Positions 53,722 to 64,000 of a DNA stretch of 64,000 bases are shown here, piece after piece (positions within the stretch are counted from its first letter, which is position 1; the number at the start of each line of letters is the position of its first letter). The stretch is taken from NCBI RefSeq assembly GCF_009914755.1, contig NC_060934.1; one strand, given 5' to 3'. Below the pieces are notes generated by a model. That model saw nothing but the letters and a program-made list of their open reading frames with translations. It searched no databases and was not told the origin of the DNA. Position numbers and translations under genes: made by a program. The stretch is from the human T2T-CHM13v2.0 reference genome, Homo sapiens.

Positions 53722-55241
53722 CTGAGAAGAGGATGATGAAATGATTTCTGCCCAGCTGTGGCTGTGACCTCTCAGTTATGGACTTCCTCACTCTTTTGCT
53801 TGACTCTGGCAAAAGTTTTGCTTCTGGTAAAGAAGGTTCTCCAAAGTCTAGCAATCTTACCCCCAGGAAAACACTCAGTTCAGTTCAGTTTCTTCTTCCT
53901 CTCCTGACTCCTGCTCACCAGGTTCAGGGCCTCATGACCTCCTACAGGGATTATTGCAAAATCTGTTTGCCTCTAAATAACCTGCTATCCCCCAGCTTCC
54001 CCTTTACTCCCTACCCCTGAAATCCATCCTCCATAATACAACTAGAGTAATTAACCTTTCTAATATGCAGATCTAAAAATGTGCCTTCTTGAAATCCCTT
54101 CTGGCACCCTATTCTTTTGGCAGAGTGGTAGTGTGGCCTTTCTCAGTGTGGTCCTTGCCTGTTTCTCTGGTCTCATCTCCTGCTATGACCACCACCTGTC
54201 CCCGCCCCTTTATTTAATACTTAGCAATGCTCAACTACTTATTCCTCCTGTGTATGTTGCTTGGTTTCAGACCTCTATGCTTTTGTATGTGCTTTCATCT
54301 CTTCTTGGAAGAGCCTTCCTCTGCTTGTCCACTTGTGAGCTATTCATCCTCCAATATCCTATTTAGACATTACCTCTTCCAGGAAGCCTTCCCTTAAGCT
54401 CAGAGATAGAATTGATCACCCTCTACTCCTAGTCACTTCTGTTGAACTTATTCTGTGATTCAGTTTATTTGCAAGTCTATGAGCTCTTAGAAAACAAAGA
54501 CTTTGTCCCATTTAATTACGTTGTCTCCTAATCCCAGCACTTTGGGAGGCTGAGGTGGGTGGATCACTTGAGGCCAGGAGTTTGAGACCAGCCTGGCCAA
54601 CATGGCAAAATCCCATCTCTACCAAAAATACAAAAATTAGCCGGGCGTGGTGGCACATGACTGTAGTCCCAGCTACTCAGGAGGCTGAGGCATGAGAATT
54701 GCTTGACCCCGGGGAAGCTGAGGTTGCAGTGAGCCGAGATTGTGCAACTGCACTCCAGCCTGGGCAACAGAGCAGGACTTTGTCTCAAAAAAAAAAAAAA
54801 AATTATGTTGTCTATTACTCAGTGCCTGATCTGCAGCTGGTGCTCACAATGTATTTGTTCAATGTGTATTAATATGTTTGACTGGGAATCAGGGAGTGAA
54901 TGGCTAAAGGAATAGATGAGTGTTTGTGGGGAAGCATAGAACAAAAATCAGAGTTTTGTGGGAGTGGGGTGTGTATTCAATGATTAGGGAATTATTACAT
55001 TGTTTCCTAAGAGTTGTTCAACAAGATCCAGGATGTTATAAACCACGGTCAGAGATTTTTAAACCAAGGGCACAGTTCTGAAGGTCAGGAGCGGAGACCT
55101 ACGGGCAAAGATCTGAAGCCTGCAAGTCAAGATCAGAGGCCCCTAAACTAAAACCAAAGGCTTATAAGCAAATGAAGTATGGTTGAGGGTTGAGGACTTA
55201 AGAGACTGTTATTAGAGAAGGCTGGGTCTCTGGTTGCTCAC

Positions 55242-55363
55242 TCCCTTAAGGTGTTGGTGAAATCCTCAAACTGGATCTCCTGCTCCCCACCCTGCAGGAC
55301 CTTCTGCACATCCGAAACCCTCTCCTTCCTCAGACGCAGTCTTAGTAGGGTCTTGTTGTAGCC
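55242..55363 (-). CDS. PKD2L1: PKD2L1 exon 11 ([14 protein letters not shown]...FEDFTNTLR)
   Basis: CAG/GTGAG, 122 nt. Confidence 0.93.
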
Positions 55364-55574
55364 CTGAAAGGGAAAGGAAATAGGCACAAGTTCTCACAGG
55401 CTGCTCACTCATCCCTGGCCCCCAGCCCCACCCATAGTATGCCAGGCTTCCAAGGATAAATTTAAAGGCACACAAGGGCACAGGCACCTCAATCAGTCAG
55501 GAACAGACCAGGACACAGAGCCTTAGACTGGGGCACTGATGGAAATGTGTAGCTCAAGGAGATTGAGCAATCAC

Positions 55575-55673
55575 CTGTTTCAGGAGGTCAGAAAGTTGCA
55601 GCTCATCCTTCTGTCCAGCCAGCTCCTCCTTGACCTCTGAATATGTGTCATTGATGATGGCCAGGAACATGTT
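55575..55673 (-). CDS. PKD2L1: PKD2L1 exon 10 ([18 protein letters not shown]...DLLKQ)
   Basis: CAG/GTGA, 99 nt. Confidence 0.95.
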
Positions 55674-56828
55674 CTGGAAAATGAAGTGGGGACCTGGGTC
55701 CTCACCCCCAGACCCACTGAAAGGATTGAGCCCACTGACCCCATTAATGTCCAAGACACGTGTTCCAAAGGGGTCAGTGCTCTCAACCCCAGTTCGGCAG
55801 CCCATCAATCCCTGCCTCTCAGGGTCCCCAGAGCCCAGCCTTTCAGCACAGTTCTGTTAGAGATGGATCATGCTTCTTGACCAACCTGGTGTCCTCACTC
55901 TCAGTTGCTGTAGTAACCTTTCTGACCACAGAGATACAATAACATATGCCACAGACCTCCTTTGTATAAGGGCCCATCAATCATTGGAACTAGAGGCTTT
56001 TCAGGGTGAGAGTACAATTGTGATCTCTTTTTCATCTACCCCCCAATCCATATCTGTATCCCCATCCATTGATCAAATAAAGAAAATTGCTGGCCTTGTT
56101 AGTAAAAATAAAATCCAAGAGCTGGGCACACTGGCCTACACCTGTAATCCAGCACTTTGGGAGGCCAAGGCAGGCAGATTGCTTGAGTCCAGGAGTTAGA
56201 GACCAGCCTGGGCAACATAGCAAAACACTGTCTCTACAAAAGATACAAAAATTAGCGGGGTGTGGTGGCTCCTGACCATACCAGTGGTCCTATCTACTCA
56301 GGAAGCTAAAGTGGGAGGATAGTTTGAGCTCGGGAGGTGGAGGTTGCAGTGAGCTGAGATTGCACCACTGCACTCCAGCCTGGGTGACAGAGTGAGACCC
56401 TGTCTAAAATAAATAAATAATAACCCAGATTTTTCATGGTTGGCAGGGAGAGAGAACTACCAAGTAGTGGCAGTAGAAATCAGCATGAGATCCCCAGAGG
56501 AAGGGGAGTCTTGGAGGACGGTCGTAGACGCTTCCAGGTGCAGCTACTGCTCCTCATAAGGCACTTTTCTCCCCATTTCCATCCTTGGAGAATGAGGGTT
56601 TGATTTTACTGAGGGAGTCTGCAGGTTCCCTTATACTCTGCAAACCTGCAAACTGACCATGCTGGCTGTACTACATTAACCATCTCTCAGAAGATCCAGA
56701 CATCGGCCCCCCCACTCACTCTCCATCCTTGATTTGAGAAACTTATCAATCCTGAGTGAGGGACATACTAGGACCAAAACTCCACCCTGCAGGCTCTCTA
56801 TGTCCCCACCCCTCAGAGAGACCCTCAC

Positions 56829-56949
56829 CAGGAGCACGAAGAAGACGAAGAAGACATAGGTGACAAAGTAGGCAGGGCCCAGGATGCGGTTGGCATTGTC
56901 GATAGCATTGTAGTCAAAGTCCCCGAGGATTATCCGGAACTGAGTGAAA
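56829..56949 (-). CDS. PKD2L1: PKD2L1 exon 9 ([14 protein letters not shown]...FFVFFVLL), pore and S6
   Basis: CAG/GTGAG, 121 nt, LGDFD selectivity filter. Confidence 0.95.
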
Positions 56950-57235
56950 CTGAGAGACCAGGTCTGGGCTTTACCCAGAGCCTAACAAACACCCCCCATC
57001 CCACTTTCCTAATCACAGAGAGACCCCTCACCACACGTTCACCCCAATCTGATAGACACAGGGCAGGGTGCTTAGATTATTTAAGCACACACACCAGGGC
57101 TTCTGGAGACCCTCACACAGATGCTTTGAACACAGACATGCAGACACGCACGTACCCATCTTCCCCAAGGATACATACACCCGTGGAGCTGGAGGGTGAG
57201 GGGCCAGGGAGGAGTGAAGGGGACAGGACACACAC

Positions 57236-57417
57236 ATGCACTTGATGAAAGTGCTAAAGTTTTCCACTTGGGTCCCGAAAAGCAGGTAGCCGAGTTGGGC
57301 ATAGGCGAAGAAAACAATGAAGAACATGACGGCGAAGCCCAGGATGTCCTTGGCACAGCGGGCCAGCGTGGAGGAGAGCTGGGTCATGGTTTTGTTGAAG
57401 CTGATGTACTTGAATAT
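57236..57417 (-). CDS. PKD2L1: PKD2L1 exon 8 ([11 protein letters not shown]...FSTFIKC), S5
   Basis: CAG acceptor, weak GTGTGT donor, 182 nt, phase 2 matches exon 9. Confidence 0.93.
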
Positions 57418-57864
57418 CTGGAAGGACCATGTTGAACCAAGGGATGAAGAAGGAAAAGGGAAAAGCATTGAAAAGTCCATGCCAAGGGCCTATGGAGGCC
57501 ACAGGAGTTGCCAAGCCAGACAAAGAAAATGAGACACATATTGAAGAAGGGAGAATGATACAAAAATTAGCTGGGCATGGTGGCACGCACCTGTAATTCC
57601 AGCTACTTGGGAGGCTGAGGCAGAGAATCACTTGAATCTGGGAGGCAGAAGTTGCAGTGAGCTGAGATTGCACCACTGCACTCCAGTCTGGGCAACTGAT
57701 TGAGGGACATACTGGGACCATTAAAAAAAAAAAAAAAAAAAAAAGCCAGGCACGGCAGTTCACTCCTGCAATCCCAGCACTTTGGGAGGCTGAGGCAGGT
57801 GGATGGCTCAAGGTCAGGAGTTCGAGACCAGCCTGGCCAACATGGTGAAACCTCGTCTCTACTA

Positions 57865-58063
<199 letters not shown>

Positions 58064-58415
58064 TCATGCATGTAATCCTAGCCCTTTGAGAGGCTGAGGT
58101 AGGCAGATCACCTGAGGTTGGGAGTTCGAGACCACCCTGGCCAACATGGTGAAACCCCGTCTCCACAAAAAATACAAAAATTAGCCAGGCGTGGTGGTGG
58201 GTGCCTGTAGTCCCAGCTACTCAGGAGGCTGAGGCAGGAGAATCACTTGAACTCAGGAGGTGGAGGTTGCAGTGAGCCAAGATCGCCCCCACTTCACTCC
58301 AGCCTGGGCAAGAGCGAGACTCCATCTCAAAAAAAAAAAAAAGAAAAAAAAGAAAAGAAAAGAAGGGAGAATGAGTGCGCCTTGAAGCAAAGCTGGGTGT
58401 GGGAATCCCAGGTAC

Positions 58416-58586
58416 CTTGATCCAGGCGAAGAAGAGGTTGACAGCATTCATGTTGTTGTACTGTGTCTGCCAGAAGGCGAGGAACTCAAAGTCTGCATAC
58501 GTGTTTGGCTGCTGCAGGAGCTTCCCCATGAGCCGATTCACCTCGAGGGTTCGGAATATGTGGAAGCCCACAGCCACAATGGAGAG
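58416..58586 (-). CDS. PKD2L1: PKD2L1 exon 7 ([12 protein letters not shown]...[11 protein letters not shown]), S3-S4
   Basis: CAG/GTACC, 171 nt. Confidence 0.95.
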
Positions 58587-59273
58587 CTGTCACACAGGGG
58601 TCATGGGGGTGTCAGAGAAGGCAAGGGGATCTCAAGGGAAGTTCCAAGATGAGGCCCCAAGGGAGAGTCAGGGTAGGTAAGACAGGTGGGAAAAAAGCCA
58701 TCCTTGCTGACTTGTTCACTATCTCAGTTTCAAATGGAACTTGGTAGGATGACTGGGGAGCATCTTAAGTGTTCCAAAGCCCAAGAGAAGGCATTGGGGA
58801 CAATGGTAAATATTAATGTATAGATTGTAAAGGGCTGTAGGGAACTGGAACCAGTCATTTCCTTCCGCTCCCACCACTTCCAAGCTTTGGTCAGGAATTG
58901 AATGTGTCTTGTTAATAGGAGGGAGATGAAGATGAAGGGGCAGAATATTTGAATAGAAGACAAAAGGCATGGGTTTCCACAGAACAGGTCATAAAGACAA
59001 AAGACAAGAGAGGAGCAGAATATAGTACACTAAAAAAAAAAAACACAGGGCTCAGATGACAGGTGAGGAGGAGAGGAGATGTGAGAGACAGGGTTTCCCA
59101 AGGGCTGAGAGAGGGGAACATGTCCCTCTCACTTAGGGAGCTGTTAAATGATGATTTGACCAAAAGTCAGAAGGAGGGCTTAGGGCTCCAAAAGGAAGAA
59201 CCTGGAGCCCCTATTAGGGTGGAACTCCCTCCTCACCCCAGAATGTCCCAAGTCCTAGATATCTGTCCCTCAC

Positions 59274-59502
59274 CAAGATGACCACCAGGTCCAGTATGTT
59301 CCAGATGCTGCTGAGGTAGCGAAGCCGGTGAATGTGGAGCTCCAGGATCTCTTCCACCACATAGTAGAAGATGAAGACGCAGAAGATGACCTCACAGCCA
59401 ACGATAAAGAAGTCCCAGTTGCTGACATAGCGGATCAGCTTGACTGTGCGGATTTGCCAGGATGGGATGGCACCTCCTGTAGCTGGAAACTCCACCACCA
59501 GC
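59274..59502 (-). CDS. PKD2L1: PKD2L1 exon 6 ([11 protein letters not shown]...[10 protein letters not shown]), S2-S3
   Basis: TAG/GTGAG, 229 nt. Confidence 0.95.
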
Positions 59503-59675
59503 CTATAGGGGGAGGGGGAGATGACCTCCAGTGGAGCCTTCGCTGGGACGGCTCCTCCCACTTCCTCTCCTCTCCACCCCCACCACAGGGTAGGAGTTTA
59601 GGGAAGGGTCTCATGCACAAGAGACGGGAACCAGGAGCCATGGACAGGGTGATAAAGTAGGGAAAGGGGGCTCAC

Positions 59676-59900
59676 CTCAGGACACAGAAAAGATTGATAT
59701 TGGCATTGTAGACTGAGAAGTCGATGAACACCACTCGAGTGCCCCTGTCCAGCCACAGCCCCTCCTGAAGGGCCCGGAGAGCCTCTGCACTACCCTGTCG
59801 GGATCCTGGAAGGTCCAGGTAGTAGCCACCTCCGCTGTAGCTTGTGAGCCTGCCCCAGTGGGAGAAGCCCCCCAACTCATCCTGCGAGTGGTATGTCCAC
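59676..59900 (-). CDS. PKD2L1: PKD2L1 exon 5 ([11 protein letters not shown]...[26 protein letters not shown])
   Basis: CAG/GTGAG, 225 nt, WLDRGTR motif. Confidence 0.95.
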
Positions 59901-59994
59901 CTGCCACAGAAAATGCCAGCTGAGCCAGCCCAAAAGTTCATCTCCCAAGGCAATGGCAATGCTTTATCATTGTCTGGGCTTTACAGGTTTACAT

Positions 59995-59996
<2 letters not shown>

Positions 59997-60035
<39 letters not shown>
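59997..60035. repeat. (TG)n microsatellite, PKD2L1 intron 4
   Basis: Read directly. Confidence 0.95.
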
Positions 60036-60038
<3 letters not shown>

Positions 60039-60851
60039 AGATATGTGATATATACATATATAATGTATCATTTATTATTCTGTTTGATACTAACAACCAT
60101 TTGAGAAGGGAGAGTGAATATTATCCACATTTTGCAGAAGAGGAAACTATGAAAGAGGTTACCGAGATAATCCAGCTATAAATGACAGAACTGAAACTCA
60201 AATGTAAATCTGATTTTTCACTATGTCACTCAAAGATTTGGATGACAAAGCCAAGCCCCACTTTTGGCCCACCTTGAATAGTCCCCCTAAGGGAAGCACC
60301 TGGACCAGGAGGAAAAGATCCTCCAGCTCTGTGATTGCACATCAGGCTCCTTCACCCCATGTTTCTCCATTCTATCCACTAAACTTTCTACCCTGGGTGC
60401 TTATTTCCTCCCTCTTCTGTCCTGTCCACCCTTTCCCCCTTCCTCCCTAATTTGTCATCCATCCTTGACCCCTTGCTGCTCCACGTATCAATCTCAAGGG
60501 TTGGGTTCTTCAATTTCACCCATTTTGTATACCCCTAACCAACTTCTAGGCAAGAAAGGAAGCTTTCCCTGGAAGGACTACGTGCAAGGTAGGACAAGTG
60601 TGATTGCAACCTGTCTGTGGGAACAAGTCTGGAGGCTATTGCTGTGTTTGCTAACCTACCTCCTCTGTTCCTGAGTGACACAGACCAAGGTCCCCAAACA
60701 GTCACAGCTGGGATTCAGGGAGATGCCCCCAGAAGTCCCTTAAAGAGCTCTGAGGCTCTTTAAGCCTCAGTGGAAGTGGTTCCCAGACCTTGGGATGGTG
60801 TCAGGTTTAGAGGGGCAAGCCCTGTGATATTGGTAGGACAGGCTCACTCAC

Positions 60852-61105
60852 GCTGTGCCATTGAAGGGCCCAAAGGGGAGTTGTTCTTCTTTGTCTGGAG
60901 AGTAGACATCATAGCAGCTCAGAATGTCCTCCCGGAAGTCTTCATGCACCACACAGGAGTCATTGCGGACCTTTAGCTGCCGCAGCCTCGGAACCCCCAG
61001 CAGCATGTTCTCATAGTAGATGAAGGAGTGGGAGCCATGGCCCAGGCTCTGGTTGTTGTACCATTTGGTCCAATACAAACTGTCCAGTAGTGGGCCCTGG
61101 GCAAA
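60852..61105 (-). CDS. PKD2L1: PKD2L1 exon 4 ([12 protein letters not shown]...[16 protein letters not shown]...PFNGT)
   Basis: CAG/GTGAGT, 254 nt, LLGVPRLRQ polycystin motif. Confidence 0.95.
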
Positions 61106-61187
61106 CTGAACCACAAGCTGGCTTGAACCTTACCCAGCCTCCTCCTGACCCCCTACCTTTAGAATGACCTTTGCCCTCATCCTCTGA

Positions 61188-61505
<318 letters not shown>

Positions 61506-61880
61506 TAAAGTGCTGGGATTACAAGTGTGAGCCACCGTGCCCGGCCTGCTTTTTAAAACTCCTCCATTGACCAATGAACCTTGACCAGAGTCTGACCTGA
61601 AGTGGCCCTACTCTTTATTTAAAATTCGTTTTGAAGTTCAGCCTTACCTCTGACTCCCGATACTAATCTAACTCCTGGTTTAATTCCCTGATTGCTGTAT
61701 TAATCCCTTACCCACCTCCACCTGAACTCTAGACTAACCCATTAATTCAGCCTGGCCCTTTGACTCAGTCTGATCCCTGACTGATTTGATTTCCCAGCAT
61801 AAGGTCTGATCCGTTGTCTGACCTGTGGCCTCAGGCCATTGAGAAAGAGAGGGGAGGGGTAGAAAAGATCTTATACTCAC

Positions 61881-62008
61881 ATCCCAGAAGTCCGCCATGC
61901 TGCTGATGGCCTGAAAGGAGACTCCAGTGTCTGATGGAGTATGTAAGAAGAGCTCAGACATCACTTTGGTGTAGTAATAAGCACTGGAGCTTGTCATTCC
62001 ATAGGTCA
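61881..62008 (-). CDS. PKD2L1: PKD2L1 exon 3 ([20 protein letters not shown]...SMADFWD); exons 1-2 lie right of the window
   Basis: TAG/GTGAGT, 128 nt, TRPP/polycystin TOP domain start. Confidence 0.95.
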
Positions 62009-63213
62009 CTAGAAAACAACCCAAGAGGCTATGTCCTTCTCACTGTTCCCCCAGAGGAGACAGGAAAGCCTATTGCCCTGGAGTCAGAGATGCTTCCAAG
62101 ATGGAAGCCCATCCCCCATCTGGACCCATCCTCTAGACTTGGTTAGGAGCCTAATGGTGGCATGAGGAAGCCAGGAAATGCATTAGGAAAGGGTTGTAGC
62201 TACAATGTCTCCTCCTCTTCTTCCAACCCACCTCAGAAAGACTGAACTCCACTCAGTAGTTGTCTTACATTGTTATTATAAAAATACACTTTTCTTTTCC
62301 TGAACCAGCTTAACTTCCCAGTTCTTACTCCCCAGAGCAAAGATATTCCTGCCTTCTGCACTGTGTAGTGATTCCTTTTGTCTGCTTCCAAAAGGTAGTG
62401 ATGCCTTTTGGAAAGTGCCCCCAAAGTCTAGAGTACTCCCTCTAGAGTTCAAGGCCTTGGCCAAACACCTTACAATAGAGATGTGGTCTCATGGCCCCTG
62501 GTGTCAGTGGCTGTAGCCATGGGAGTGGCAGGTAGGCACAGCACCTCTGTCCCTGGCATGACTAGTACGATCAGATGGGCACAGTCATCTCCTGAGAGAG
62601 CGACTCAGTGTTCCCAGATCAAAAAAGACCTAGGAGCAATCACCCTGTGATTCTCCCTGTGCACACATTGTGTGCAAGTTAAATTAAAAAAAAAAGACCT
62701 GGACTTTACCCTGAAGAACTTGATCTCCCTCATGCACCCTAACACATCCATCCAGTCCCATGTGCCAGTAGGGCTGTAGGGAGCACTAAGTTTTGTTTAC
62801 AAAGCAGGATTCTAAAAGTATAAGTCATTTATTTAACAGATTGTCCTTCAATTTAAGTTAGTCTAATGTTTTCTTATTTTTAAATTCGGTTATGCATTTT
62901 TGGGAGGGATATCATAGAAGTGATACTGTGTCTTTCTCAGTGCATGATATCAGGAACTACACATTGCCTGTTCATCTCATTACTAGTGAGATTAACTTTG
63001 ATCTTTTGTTAAGGTGGTGTCTGCCAGTTTCTTCAACGTAAAATTACTGTTTTTCTTTTTGTAATTAATACGTGTTTTTGTGGGGAGACCCCTTTCAAAC
63101 TGTGTATTTTTTGCCTGATTATTACTAACATTGTCAAATGGTGATTTTTTTTTTCACTGTTGTTGCCCAGGATGGAGTGCAATGGCACGATCTTGGCTCA
63201 CCAAAAACTCCGC

Positions 63214-64000
63214 TATCGGGGGAACCTGCCCCCGATAATTCAACGTAGGTTCTTTTCTATTTCCCTAAGTGTCTGCTGGTCTGAGAAATAAAGGGAAAGA
63301 GTACAAAAGAGAGAAATTTTAAAGTTGGGTGTCCGGCGGAGACGTCACATGTCGGCAGGTTCCATGATGCCCCCTGAGCCGTAAAACCAGCAAGTTTTTA
63401 TTAGCAATTTTCAAAGGGGAGGGAGTGTACGAATAGGGTGTGGGTCACAGAGATCACATGCTTCAAGGGTGACAAAAGATCACAAGGCAGAAGGTCAAGG
63501 CGAGATCACAAGGTCAGGGCGAAACTAGAATCACTAATGAACTTCCATGTCCTGCTGTGCATGCATTGTCATTGATAAACATCTTAACAGGGTTCAAGAG
63601 CAGAGAACCAGTCTGACTAGAATTTGCCAGCCTGGAATTTCCTAATCCTAGGAAGCCTGGGGGCACTGCAGGTGGCCAGGGCGTGTTTCATCTGTTATCT
63701 GCAGCTGCATAAGGCAGACACCCCCAGAGCAGCCATTTTAGAGGCCCCCCCCCCGGGAATGCATTCTTTTCCCAGGGCTGTTAATTATTAATATTCCTTA
63801 CTGGGGAAAGAATTCAGTGATATTTATCTTACCCGTTTTCAGTAATAAGAGAAATATGGGTCTGTCCTGCCCGGCCCACAGGCAGCCAGACTTTAAGGTT
63901 ATCTCCCTTGTTCCCTGAAAATCATTCTTATCCTGTTCTCAAGGTGCCTAGATTTCATATTGTTCAAACACACATGCTTTATGAACAATTTGTGCAGTTA
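63214..64000 (-). mobile_element. MER11-type LTR (HERV-K11/HML-8) inserted into an Alu, PKD2L1 intron 2; cut by the window edge
   Basis: Terminus TATCGGGGGAACCTGCCCCCGATA and body typical of MER11; interrupts a minus-strand Alu at 63145-63213. Confidence 0.8.

Noticed and set aside
63214-63237. Perfect 9-bp hairpin TATCGGGGG-N6-CCCCCGATA as a terminator or novel RNA
   Set aside because: It is the terminus of the MER11 LTR, not an independent element

Overview
Hominid genomic DNA. Gene content and order match human 10q24. Three genes lie in tandem, all on the minus strand. CWF19L1 has coding exons 1-11 here (promoter ~29.9 kb); its 3' exons lie left of the window. BLOC1S2 is complete (5 coding exons, 142 aa, CpG promoter ~49 kb). 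PKD2L1 has exons 3-16 here and runs off the right edge. I placed all 30 coding exons from GT-AG sites and continuous reading frame. The rest is repeat-dense: more than 50 Alus, a processed PHB1 pseudogene, a U6 retrocopy, a full-length SVA in the last BLOC1S2 intron, an L1MA with nested insertions, Tigger3, MER1B, MER5, MaLR LTRs, a MER11 LTR and a probable CR1/L3 relic. I found no new protein-coding or RNA-guided system. The most unusual signal is a set of four clear and one probable locally templated insertions (25-390 bp, donors 0.9-2.6 kb away, direct and inverted); the four clear ones all land in Alu sequence at microhomologies. Also notable: a cryptic in-frame 5' splice site in PKD2L1 intron 8, an unidentified 3'-UTR retrocopy, and a (TTAGG)n tract next to the CWF19L1 promoter.
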